Assembly (NCBI RefSeq): GCF_004010195.1
Contig: NC_057720.1
Location: 6,179,016-6,243,015 of the forward strand
Source: Chiloscyllium plagiosum
Lineage: Eukaryota
Direction of reading: 5' to 3'
Length of the DNA stretch: 64,000 bases
The notes under the pieces were generated by a model. It worked only from the letters and a program-made list of their open reading frames with translations. It searched no databases and was not told the DNA's origin. This document shows, in pieces, positions 37,786 to 49,697 of the stretch (positions are counted from its first letter, which is position 1; each line of letters begins with the position of its first letter). The position numbers and the translations under genes are program-made.

Positions 37786-38072
37786 TGAATGGGTATGCAG
37801 AGAAAGGAGAATGTGCTGTTGTGATAAAGCATCAGCTATGACCATACAAAGTGGCGGAATAGTCTCAGAAGGCTGAATGGACTACTCTTGCTCCTAGTGG
37901 GAAGGGGAGAGTTTGATGTTGTCAATGAAGGGTTGAATGACTGACTTCAGCTGTTGTCTCTCTTCCAGTCTGGGAGTTTGGACACTGAAGCTGATTACAA
38001 TCCCACTGTCTCTATCACTCCACCTTCTCAAACTCAGTGAAGTGTGTATATGTGTATGAGAGTGTGTGTATG

Positions 38073-38392
38073 TCATAGAATAGAACCCCTACACTGTGGA
38101 AACAGGGATTTTGGCCCAACAAATCCACACTGACCCTCCAAAGAGTAACCCACGCAGACCCATCCCCTACCCTATTACTCTACATTGCCCCTAACCTACA
38201 CATTCCTGAACACTATGGGTAATTTAGCATGGCCAATTCATCTAACCTACACATCTTTGGACTGTGGGGGGAAACCCACATAGACACAGGGAGAATGTGC
38301 AAACTTCACACAGACAGTCACCCAAGGGTGGAATCGAACCCAAGTCCCTGGCGCTTTGAGACAGCAGTGCTAACCACTGAGCACAGCGCTGC
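38073..38392 (-). mobile_element. HE1-type SINE
   Basis: Reverse complement of the HE1 head and V-domain. Confidence 0.85.
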
Positions 38393-38396
38393 CCAA

Positions 38397-38745
38397 ATGT
38401 GTGTGTGGCTGTGTGTGCATGCGTGTGTGTGTGACAGCATGTGATTGTGAGTGTGTGAGTGTGTTTGTGTGTGTGTGTGAGAGCGTGTGATGTGTGTATG
38501 TGTGCATGCGTGTGTGTGTGACAGCGTGTGATGTGTGAGTGTGATGTGTGTGTGTGACAGCGTGTGATGTGTGAATGTGTGTGTGTGCATGCGTGTGTGT
38601 GTAACAGCGTGTGGTGTGTGAGTGTGTGTGTGTGAGAGCGTGTGATGAGTATGTGTGATGTGTGTGTGTGAGTGTGTGTATGTATGTGTGTTGTGTGTGC
38701 TTGTGAGTGTGTTTGGGGGGGTGCGAGTGAGGGGAGGGGTGTAGG
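38397..38745. repeat. Imperfect (TG)n microsatellite
   Basis: Direct inspection. Confidence 0.9.
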
Positions 38746-39409
38746 GTGGGTGGAATATGGTGTGAGGCCTTGGACGATTTCTGGTTTGGATGCTTAGCTA
38801 GTCACTTAACCAGCTGAAACACCCTGGGAGGATGAGTTAAAGCCTTTTTCTAACAGCTAGACACTAAACTATTACTTTTAGATATCTAATCTAAGCAATG
38901 ATGGATGTGTAGCACTGACAGTTACACAATTGAGGGAATTCAAATGATATAAATTATGAAACTGATGCTCGAGAGGATTCTGTACCTCATCAGTTTTCAT
39001 AACCGCTCTTCGATTCTCTGAGGCACTGATCTATTTTTTAAATAAATACAATGTTTGACTTTATGACTGGTGAATTAAAATACACCCATGTATTTGCTTG
39101 AATGAACCAGCTCCCCATAACTGAGCTCACCAATGGGTGGGATTTGCTTCATGTCATCAGGAGGTTTGAAATATACGGCTTTTAACTCCAATGCTTTGCT
39201 CAGAATCTGAGGAAGTATCTAATGTTTTGGAGCAGGCATTGAATCCTACAGAGAAAATCAATGGGTGGGATTCTAAATTCATGCCTTCTGCCTTGTCTGT
39301 CTATGCTGACAAAATAATGAGTCTTTAAATGTTTCATGAAACTGAACCTTTTAATCAACATCATCTCATTTCCAGAACTTGCCATCAATGTTCATATTAA
39401 CAAGCCACA

Positions 39410-39860
39410 CAAATGTGTGTGTGCGAGTGAGAGAGATTGTGTATGCATCTACATATATGGTGTATGCCAGTGTGTGTGTGTGAGTTCATGTATATGCATG
39501 TGAGTACGTGTAAATTTGAGTGTATACGTGCATATGTAATATGTAGGAGAGGAGTGCATGTGTGTCTGTTTGTGCGTATGTACATGTGGGATTCTATGTC
39601 AATGTGAGTGTGTGCATGTGTCTTTATGTGTATATGTGCATATGTGGTGTTAATGAGAGTGTGTGTGCATGCGTGTGTACAGGTCTGTGTGTGTGAGTCT
39701 ATATGTTTATGTGCATGTGTGGTATGTAGGAGGGTGTGTGTATGAATGTAAATGCATGTGTGTGTATTTGCGTGACTGTGAATGTGTATGCATGTATGTG
39801 TGCGTGAGTTTACATGTGTGTGAGTGTGAGTGACAGTGTGTGTGCGTGTGTGTGTCTCCA
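39410..39860. repeat. Degenerate (TG/TA)n microsatellite
   Basis: Direct inspection. Confidence 0.9.
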
Positions 39861-40869
39861 TGTCTAGTGAATCTTCTGTGTGCTGCCTCCAAAATCAATA
39901 TATTTTTCCTCAGATAAAGGGCCCAAAACTGTTCTGAGATTTCCAGCTGTGGTCTGACTCATAAATTGAACAGTTTTGGTAAAACTTCCCTATTTTTTGT
40001 ATTTCACTCCCGTTGAGATCAAAGCAAAGATTCCAATTGCCTTTCCTAGTTGGTCGCTGAATTTGGATGCCAGTACAATGGGATCTCCAGCAGCAGCTGA
40101 CGCCGGTGAGGGATTCTTTGAGCAAGAGAGCTGCTCAGTTCTTCAGGACCTTCAACAGAATGTGCCAACATTGAGGGAGGGCAGTTGGAAGGGGGACACA
40201 GATAGTCATTATCGGAACGGAAAGCTGTATTTCATGGGAAAAGGCAAATGGGAAGGGGAGGCAAAGGAATTCCTTAGTCTGATGTGAACTAGATTATCAT
40301 TCAAAGTATGGAGTTCTTTGCTTAAACCTTAATTTTCCTTCCTGTTTGTAATGACTTGATGCCAGTGGAATAAATAATCCATGCTATATGATCTTCGGGC
40401 CTTCTGTTTGTTCAAATGTCATGTCACACCAGCTTCTTTCGATTGATGCACAAGAATTGTTGTGGCATTGCTTTCTGGAAACCTTCTTCATTTGGATAGT
40501 GCTCACATTGATGTAACATCCTTTCAGTTTCTGCTTTGCCTTCCTCTATCAAAGCTTGTGATACCCTCCTGAGAATAAAGAAAATACAGAGACGATGGGA
40601 GGGTCTTCCGTCTCTGTGTCTGTCATCTTTCAGTAAAGAAATCAAACCTTGGAGCCTTTGCCTCTCTTCCTCTGCTTTGGTTCTACAAGTGCATTGGCTA
40701 AAATGGAAATGAAAAGACAAAGGGAAGAAAAAGAATGTGATATGGAACACAAATGGGATTGGGGAAACAAAAGGAGAGGAAGTGTACATGAATTTGACAG
40801 ACATTATTTTTTGTTTCCCAAGAACTGATTTTTAAATTTGATGACTAACCAAATGAGGTGAGCTTGACC

Positions 40870-42391
40870 TTATGGGGAATGGCTGGACGGATTGGACCTG
40901 TGAGGAATGGTTGGACAGACTGGGCCTGTGAGGAATGGTTGGACAGACCGGGCGTGTGAGGAATGGTTGGACAAACTGGGCCTGTGAGGAATGGTTGGAC
41001 GGGCTGGGTCTGAGACGAATGGTTGGACAGACCGGGCCTGTGAGGAATGGTTGGACAAACTGGGCCTGTGAGGAATGGTTGGACGGACTGGGTCTGAGAC
41101 GAATGTTTGGACAGACCGGGCCTGGGAGGAATGGTTGGACGGGCTGGGCCTGTGAGGAATGGTTGGACGGGCTGGGCCTGTGAGGAATGGGTGGACGGGC
41201 TGGGCCTGTGAGGAATGGTTGGACGGACCGGGCCTGTGAGGAATGGTTGGACGGGCTGGGCCTGTGAGGAATGGGTGGACGGGCTGGGCCTGTGAGGAAT
41301 GGTTGGACGGGCTGGGCCTGTGAGGAATGGTTGGACAGACCGGGCTCGTGAGGAATGGTTGGACGGGCTGGGCCTGTGAGGAATGGGTGGACGGGCTGGG
41401 CCTGTGAGGAATGGTTGGACGGACTGGGCCTGTGAGGAATGGGCCAGGTCTGAGAGGAATGGTGGGACAGACTGGACCTAGAGGAATGGTTGGATGGACT
41501 AGGCATTTGAGGAATGATTGGATGGATTGGGCCTTTGAGGAATTGTTTGATGGGCTGAGTCTATGAGGAATGGTTGGATGGACTGGGCCTGTGAGGAATT
41601 GTTGGACTGACTGAGCCTTTGAGGAATGGTTGGACAGGCTGTGTCTATGAGGAATGGTTGGACGGGCTGGGTCTATGAGGAATGGTTGGACGGACTGGGT
41701 CTATGAGGAATGGTTGGGCAGGCTGGGCCTGTGAGGAATGGATGGACGCACTGGCTCTATGAGGAATGGTTGGGCAGGCTGGGCCTGTGAGGAATGGTTG
41801 GACGGGCTGGGCCTGTGAGGAATGGTTGGACAGACCGGGCCTGTGAGGAATGTTTGGATGGGCTGGGCCTGTGAGGAATGGGTGGACGGGCTGGGCCTGT
41901 GAGGAATGGTTGGATGGGCTGGGCCTGTGAGGAATGGTTGGACAGACCGGGCTCGTGAGGAATAGTTGGACGGGCTGGGCCTGTGAGGAATGGGTGGACG
42001 GGCTGGGCCTGTGAGGAATGGTTGGACGGACTGGGCCTGTGAGGAATGGGCTGGGTCTGTGAGGAATGGTGGGACAGACTGGGTCTATGAGGAATGGTTG
42101 GACGGACTGGGTCTATGAGGAATGGTTGGGCAGGCTGGGCCTGTGAGGAATGGATGGACGCACTGGCTCTATGAGGAATGGTGGGGCAGGCTGGGCCTGT
42201 GAGGAATAGTTGGACGGACTGGGTCTATGAGGAATGGTTGGGCAGGCTGGGCCTGTGAGGAATGGATGGACGCACTGGCTCTATGAGGAATGGTTGGACT
42301 GACTGGACCTGTCATGAATGGTTGGACGAACTAGGCCTGTGAGGAATGGTTGGACGGACTGGGCCTGTGAGGAATGGTTGGAGGGATTGGG
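40870..42391. repeat. 28-bp minisatellite, ~54 units, consensus GGGCCTGTGAGGAATGGTTGGACGGGCT, inside a CR1 relic
   Basis: Direct periodicity; the flanks continue as CR1 ORF2 to ~42528. Confidence 0.96.
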
Positions 42392-42977
42392 CGTACATCT
42401 ATTGCAATTTAAAAGAATATGAGGTGACACATATAAGATCCTGAGAAGTTTTGACAAAGTGAATGCTTAAATTATGCTTTCTCTCATGGGAGAGACTAGA
42501 ACTAGGAGACAGTTTAAATGTAAAGACCATATCTTCCTATTCTTCTGTATTTTTGATTGTGGGTTTGGGCATTTGCAAAGCATGATTTGGCCACCAGCAA
42601 GTAGCTGATTGGTCTGAGTGGTTGATAACAAAGGTCTTCTACCTGCCAACAGCCACGTGATTGGCTCCTAGATGGATGACTAAGTTGTGAGAGGTCGCCA
42701 GAAGCCTTTGGACTTCCGAAAGAAGAGATGGTGTCCTTCTCTCTGCAGTAAAAATATCTAAAGCCAGCTTATTTTCCCTCCCCAGTTGCTAGAAGCTGTA
42801 GCTGTTAGCCAATAAGCCAGAGACTTTATAATGCGTGAACCAGTTGCTGTGTGCTTGGTGAGACTGAAGATCAGGAAGACCTGAAAATAGAAAAAAAAGC
42901 ATCATCTCCCTGTAGACAGCAAGAACCAAACTCTTCACAGTTTTTCCTTCCACCCAGATCAGCAATATTTATTTGTC

Positions 42978-43437
42978 AGTGCATGTGTGCGCGTGTGTAT
43001 GTCTGTGTGTGCACGCGCATGTGTGCGCGTGTGTGTCTGTGTGTGCACGCGCATGTGTGCACATGTGTGTGTCTGTGTGTGCACGCGCATGTGTGCGCGT
43101 GTGTGTGTCTGTGTGTGCACGCGCATGTGTGCGCGCGTGTGTGTCTGTGTGTGCACGCGCATGTGTGCGCGTGTGTGTCTGTGTGTGCGCGCGCATGTGC
43201 GCGCGTGTGTGTCTGTGTGTGCACGTGAATGTGTGCACGTGTGTGTGTCTGTGTGCACGCGCATGTGCGCGCGCGCGTGTGTGTCTGTGTGTGCACGTGA
43301 ATGTGTGCACGTGTTTGTGTCTGTGTGCACGCGAATGTGTGCGCGTGTGTGTGTGTCTGTGTGTGCACGCGAATGTGTGCACGTGTGTGTGTCTTTGTGT
43401 GCATGCGCATGTGTGGCGTGTGCTTGTGTGTGTGCAT
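42978..43437. repeat. Alternating purine-pyrimidine repeat with ~32-34-bp units (GTGTGCACGCGCATGTGTGCGCGTGTGTGTCT)
   Basis: Direct inspection; CpG-rich. Confidence 0.93.
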
Positions 43438-43669
43438 GGAAAGCTTTATAAAGGATTGGAGTTTGAAGCAATGTGTCTATTTATTTGTAGTAAATGGTAA
43501 CTCTGATTAAGCAATAAGCCTCATCCATACTTTCTGTTAACCAGGGTTTAATAAAACTGATAAATTAGGGGATTTTGCCACTTTATTGAAATTTAGCTTT
43601 TGTAACAACCCTGGTCCTACTGAGGCTTGATTCCCAGTTGTTTGACAAAACAAAGGTCTTCCATTTAAC

Positions 43670-44370
43670 AAAACCAGAAATTGCTGGAAAAGCTCACCAG
43701 GTCTGGCAGCATCTGTGGAGAGAAATCAGAGATAACATTTTGGGTTGAGTGACCCTTCCTCAGAACTGATTATAGCGAGGAAAATGTCAGTTTATATGCA
43801 GAAGATAGGGTGGGGTAGGGAGTAAACGTTCAAGCAACATGTGGGGATAGAGCTCATAGAGAGAGAAGAACAGTTGGTCAGACAGGGGAGTGGATAATGA
43901 TCTGGCTGGGAGGGTGATAGTTGTTAATGGGGACTGTTAGTGGCTAAGAATAGGTAGTGTGTAATAGCAGACTGTGTGATAAGAAGGCCTGGTGTGTGAG
44001 GTCTGGATAAGGACACAGGAGAGCACAAGCCCTAAAGCCCACTCTCTGGATTCATTTAAGAAGGAGTTGGATAGAGCTCTTAAAGATAGTGGAATCAAGG
44101 GTTCTGGAGATAAGGCAGGAACAGGATACTGATTAGGAATGATCAGCCATGATCATATTGAATGGCGGTGCAGGCTCGAAGGGCTGAATAGCCTACTCCT
44201 GCACCTATTGTCTATTGTCTATTGTCTATTGTCTATAAGTTATTGAACTCGATACTGACTCCAGAAGGCTGCAGGGATCCCAAGCAGAAAATGAAATGCT
44301 GTTCTTCCATCTCGCAGTGAGCTTCACTGGAGCACTACCTCAAGCCTGAGATAGAGATGTTGGCCAATTT
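43670..44370 (-). mobile_element. Penelope-like element 3' end with a family B terminal repeat (CR1 tail nested at 44035-44235)
   Basis: Minus strand ..EMEEQHFIFCLGSLQPSGVSIEFNN (GIY-YIG C-terminus) followed by CTGAGGAAGGGTCACTCAACCC. Confidence 0.75.
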
Positions 44371-44599
44371 GATGGTCACCTTGGCCATTAATGGCATTGT
44401 TGAAACAGACGGGTTTTGATGACAGGTGACAATGGGCTCATGGTTCACCATTTCTGAGACTAGCCTTTCACTTCCAGATATATTCTATGCATTTAAAAAA
44501 AAACATAAAAAACCTGTTATGTTGGGATTAAAACCTATGTCCTCAAAGCCTAGATCTCTTAACTAGTGACTTTATCTCTTTGACACTGAGTCCCCCCCC

Positions 44600-45520
44600 A
44601 GTTGAGGCTTGAAGTTTAAAAGAAAGAGGTGTCTTGACTGAAGCATATCATATAATTCTGAGGTGTTTTATGGATTGATAGATAGAGCATGTTTCCTGTT
44701 GTGGAAAAATCCGAAACATGGAAACAGAATTTAAGAATATGTGGAATCTACTGGTACTCTCCAAATTGGAATTTCGAAGATTGAGATAAGGATCTTAAAA
44801 AATATATAAAATTCAGAAGAAAGGTTGTTTCCACTGGTAGGTGAAACTAGAACTAGGGGAGCCTCAACATAAGAGGGAGATGATTGAACGACAAAGAAAA
44901 GCCCCTGAAGAAGGGTTAATACACAAAACGTTGACCTCTCCACTTCATGATGCTACCTGACTTGCTAGGAGCAGATTGAGGACTGAGTTGAGGAAGAGCT
45001 TCTTCATCCAGAGGGTTGTGAATCTGTGGAATTCCATGCCCAGTGAAGCAGTTGAGACTACCTCACTGAATGCTTTTAAGGCTGATAGATTTTTGAGCAG
45101 TAAAGGAATTAAGGGGTATGGTGAGAGGGCGAGTAAGTGGAACTGAGTCCATGAAAAGATCAGCCATGATCTTATTGAATGGGAGAGCAGGCTCGATGGG
45201 CCAGACGGCCTACTCCTGCTCCTAGTTCTTATGTTCTACATCATCCATTTAAGACAGAGAAGAGCAGAATTCCTTTTCTCACTGAGAGTTGTGAGGCTTT
45301 GGAACTCTCTTTCTCAAAAGATGGTAGAAGCTGAGTCCTTCTATATCTTAGTGGCAGAAGGGGACAGATTTTTGTTAAGCTTGTTTATGTTAAGAGAATG
45401 AAAGATTATCAATAGTATGGAGGAGCAAGTAGCGTAATCAGACCAACCATGATTTTATTGAATGGCAGTCCAGGCTGGAGGGGCTGAATGGCCTACTCCT
45501 GTTCCTATTTCACATGTCTG
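44600..45520 (+). mobile_element. Nested CR1-clade 3' fragments with a family A fragment at ~44903-44965
   Basis: FFIQRVVNLWNS; two 3' UTR tails. Confidence 0.75.
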
Positions 45521-46879
45521 TAAGCTCCTTCCTTATCCTTTCTGCTCACTCTACTCTCTCCCCTTTGCTCAGACACTTAAAAGTATTTACCTTTTAGTCA
45601 CCTGAGATAATATTGCCTTATATGGCCTGATGTGATCATGTTCTTGTTTAATAATGTTCAAGGTGCCACATAAATGTAGGTTATTCTCATTGGTTTACAC
45701 CCATTGGCGTATAGTCCATAAAAACTAGCATAGCGGGCAACGCTGCACTCTGTCTTAAATCAATGTACAAACACAATTTAGCTTGAAAAGGACAATTCTA
45801 CAGATGCATGCTCCCAACAGGAAACCTCACTGTCAGGAGCACATGTTGGAAAACTGTTAGGCCTGCACTTTGAAAAAAATAAACACTGGCACAAAGGAGG
45901 TGATATTATCCTGATCTTAGATCTCCATGTGAACCTCCTCGCTCTAATGCTTGCACATTAGATAGTAAAGTCATTGAACTTGGCTAATGCTCTGAGTCAC
46001 AGGTTCAAATCCAATCTTAGTGACTAATGGAATTTCACCTTAATTAATAAGGATCTGAAAATGAAAGCTAGTCTTAGTGATTTTACTGATGGAAATGTAA
46101 TTGATTTTTCATATTATTCACATCTGGTTCTCTAGACATTCCAGGAAGGAAAGCTGCCAACCTGACCCGGTCTGGCCCATTTGTGCCTACATTGACACAG
46201 TAATATGGGTGATTACTAACCAATCTCTGTAACAGCATGCCCAGAGCAAAGGCAATTAGGGATGAGTAACATCGTCAAAATTGTAAGTGATGCTCACATC
46301 CCACGAAAGAATAAATGATAAAAATCCTAAGTTTTTAAAAGATCAAACTGAAAAGATGTTGAGAAGGTGCAGTCATCTCTCCCTGACGTTCAATGGCATT
46401 ATCATCGCTGAGTCCCATGATCACCACTGTGAGGATTACCATTGACTCAAAGGCAGGATCATTTCAGACGACGAAGCAGGTCCAATGGAATTAAAGTCTA
46501 CCTATGCTCCTATTTCTTTTGTCTTTATGTTTGTATGTTGGTGGCCCGCCTATCGTAGTGACCAGTTGCTGGCATGGTGTTTATATTCCCCGGTATTTGC
46601 TCCTGGTCAGGATGATGTTGACTCCCATAATCCACTGGTATGCTTTGTAATATTTTTATTCGTATACAGGATGTGGTGTCATGAGTGAGTCCAGAGTCTA
46701 CTGTCCAAGTTGCATTCTTCTCCATCTCTGTATCACACTCTAATCCCTTGTTTGTCCACCTGTGCCCTCACTGCTGGGTTGGATGTGTTTGGAGAGAGAC
46801 AAAGGACCAGCAGCCATGTGCACCCGAGCCGACGCCTACAGGCACCAATGTGTGGACAAAATCTGCTCCTTACTGACAG

Positions 46880-48160
46880 GACTTACTGATGAGGATAGAT
46901 TGAAGCAATTGGAAGTGTTCTCCTTAGAATGAGGTCGGCTGAAAGGAGATTTGAAACAGGTTTCCAAAATCACGAGTGGCCTGGACAGGGTAGATAGAGA
47001 GAAGCTGCTCCATCTCATAAAAGGACAAAGAATGAGAGCATGTGGATTTAACATGATTGTAAACAAAACAAGAGTGATGTAAGAAAAACGTTTTTCACAC
47101 AATGAAGAGTTAGCATAGGAATGTAGTGCCTGGAAATGCAGTGAAGGCAGGTTCAGTCAAAGCATTCAAGAGGGGCACTGAATGATTATTTGGATGGAAA
47201 TAGTGTACAGGGACATGGGAAAGGGTAAGAGATTGGCACTGGCTGGTGATGCTTGCTTGAAGAGCTGGTACAAGAATGATGGGCCAAATGGCCTCCTGCG
47301 ATTTAGTGATGGTGCTGCTGTCAGGTGGAAGTGGCTTTTTTTAAACACTGCACCCGAGTTTACATTACTTCCCGGCACACTACAACTGTTTGACAACTTT
47401 AACAGTGAGACAAGCAAAATGAGTAGAGAAATTCCAGACTGAGAGTCATCCCAAGACTGGGAGCTCAAATCCCATCTTGGACTCAGTCTGGAAATGAAGC
47501 TGTGACACTCGCTTGAGAAAGAAACAAACTGGCTCGCCAATAATTTACACAAACACACAAACAAGGAGCAGGAGTAGGCCCTTCGGCCCTTCCACATGCT
47601 CTGCCATGCTATAAGACCACGGCCGATCTGATTTCAACCTCAATTCTGCATTCCTCCATATCCCCGATAATCTCTCAAACCCTTGGTCATCAAGAATCTA
47701 TCTCCCTCTGCCTTAAACATAATGAAAGATTTTGCATCCACTGCCTTTTGAGGAAGGGAATTCTAAAGACTCTCAACCCTCAGAGAGAAAAAAAAGGTTT
47801 ATTCATCTTTATTTTGAGGAGGGGCGACCCTTTTATTTTAAACAATGGCTAGTTATGGATTTTCACACGAGAGGAAACATGCTTCTGATATCCATCTTAT
47901 CAAGTCCCTCAATTAGGTCACCTCTGACTTCTCTAAATTCAGAAGGATACAGGCCCAGCCTGTAATCAACTCAATCCGGGTATTAATCTAGTAAACCTTC
48001 TCTGAACTACCTCCAACGCAGAAAGGAGACATCCTTTCACAATAACCTGGTCAAGTCCCCTCGGGATATTATAAGTTTCAAAGAAAACATGTCTGACTCT
48101 TCTATACAGCCCAGCTTCGCTACCTTTTCCTCATAAGGTAATCTACTCACTCCATGTCTT
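46880..48160. mobile_element. Old CR1-clade fragments (46880-47300 +, 47545-48160 -)
   Basis: Degenerate GL.EDRL..LE..RLKGDL motif and 3' UTR motifs. Confidence 0.65.
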
Positions 48161-48202
48161 AGTCTAGCAAAACAACGCAATAACGAAGCTATGGAACAAG
48201 TA

Positions 48203-48521
48203 CAGGTAGAAGATCCTTTATCCAAACATCCAAAAACCGAAAAGCTCCAAAATCCGAAGGTTTTTTGTGAAGATTTTTTTTTCATTTACAAGGTTGTTTG
48301 GCGTGCAAACAGTCAACCCAACTCCGCACCCACTCGATGCGTGTCAGTCAGATGTGACATGGGGGGACGTGGCCAAGCACATTTTTAGTTAGAAGTCTGC
48401 TCCTCCAGTAAGATATTTAAAAATTTCACCATGAAATTACCACAATTCTGAAAACTAAAAAAATTCCGAATTCCGGAAAACAGCTGGTCCTTAGCATTTT
48501 AGATAAAGGATCTTCTACCTG
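48203..48521. mobile_element. Tigger/pogo-like (Tc1/mariner) non-autonomous DNA transposon
   Basis: Perfect 20-bp terminal inverted repeat CAGGTAGAAGATCCTTTATC; TA on the left flank (GA on the right); subterminal AAAATCCGAA motifs as in Tigger4/MER46-like elements. Confidence 0.85.
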
Positions 48522-49024
48522 GATTGTAAAATGGGATTCGAACAGCTTGGTGCTCGTTTGATTGACACAGACTCAATGGATCATTGGGCTCTTTTCTGTG
48601 CTGTACATCTTTATGACTCTCACTCTAACTCTTGTATGAACTGCTTACAAAGCATTAACATCTTTCTTAATTGCAGTGACAAATACGTACATGGTACCCC
48701 ACATACATACTCAACAATACCCTGTATAACTGAAGTATAGCCTCCCTACTCTTGCATTCAATTCCCCTCACAATAAAATATAATTCTATTAGCTTCTCTG
48801 ATCGCTTGCTGTACCAGCACACTAACTTTCTTCCATTCATACACAAGGATACTCAGATCTTTCTGCATCTCAGAGCTCTCCAACCTCTCACCATTTAGAT
48901 AATATGCTTTTTTTGTCTTTCACACATTGAACCCCACTTGCTAAATCTTTGCCCACTCACTTAACCTATCTATATCGCTTTGTAAGGTCCTTATGTTCAC
49001 TTCACCACTCACTTTCCTGCCTAC

Positions 49025-49697
49025 TGGGACAGTACTGTGCCTTTAAGAGAGATGTGTCCTGTGCTGTTGTATTGCAGAGATGTATTTCCATAGCGGTGAA
49101 GGGCTATCTGTTTCTGAAATAATGAATAAACCGCTTTGAGTTCCCTGAGCAGATTTTTAAAAATTAGACAAAAGAAGCCTGAGAGGGTGGAGTCAGGCTC
49201 CCACAGACCCAGGGTTTTAGTTTTGTTTTCAGTTGGGGTTTGGAGTTGGTTGTTGAAGCTGATAGATACAGCTCTCTCTCTACTGCAGCAAAAAGCTTGA
49301 GTTCTCTCTCTGCTGCTAGATTATCTTTCAGCATTCCTTTCTCCTGGACTGGAGAGAGATAACATGTGAGGAAAATCTGATTTGCTGCATTTGCCTTTGC
49401 TCAAGGATGGCTATACAGGATTCTGCTACATTGGAAAAATTGATGATTAGTAGTTAAATAATATATATTATTTTCTTAAGTATTTCAATAGAGTTAAAGT
49501 TATGCTAATTCTTTTTTTTTGCTTGAATTTTAACTGTGGTACAAGAAAAAAGTGTGCTTCGCTTAAAGCCCAGCTGTAGACAAATCAAATCATATCTGGA
49601 ATTTATCGCCTTACATTTACCTTGAAATAAAATTAAAAGATAAGGACTAGACTATCACCTTGATTTATTTTGAGGGAGTTTGGTCGAGTCCATAACA
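49025..49697 (+). mobile_element. Solo LTR inserted into a CR1 RT region
   Basis: TG...CATAACA ends; splits minus-strand CR1 KFADGTKI; a related inverted 3' end lies at 61441-61670. Confidence 0.7.

Noticed and set aside
40832..41506. 224-aa Pro/Ser-rich ORF
   Set aside because: Translation of the 28-bp minisatellite.
42851..43510. Cys/Val or His/Thr-rich ORFs
   Set aside because: Translation of the dinucleotide-like repeat.
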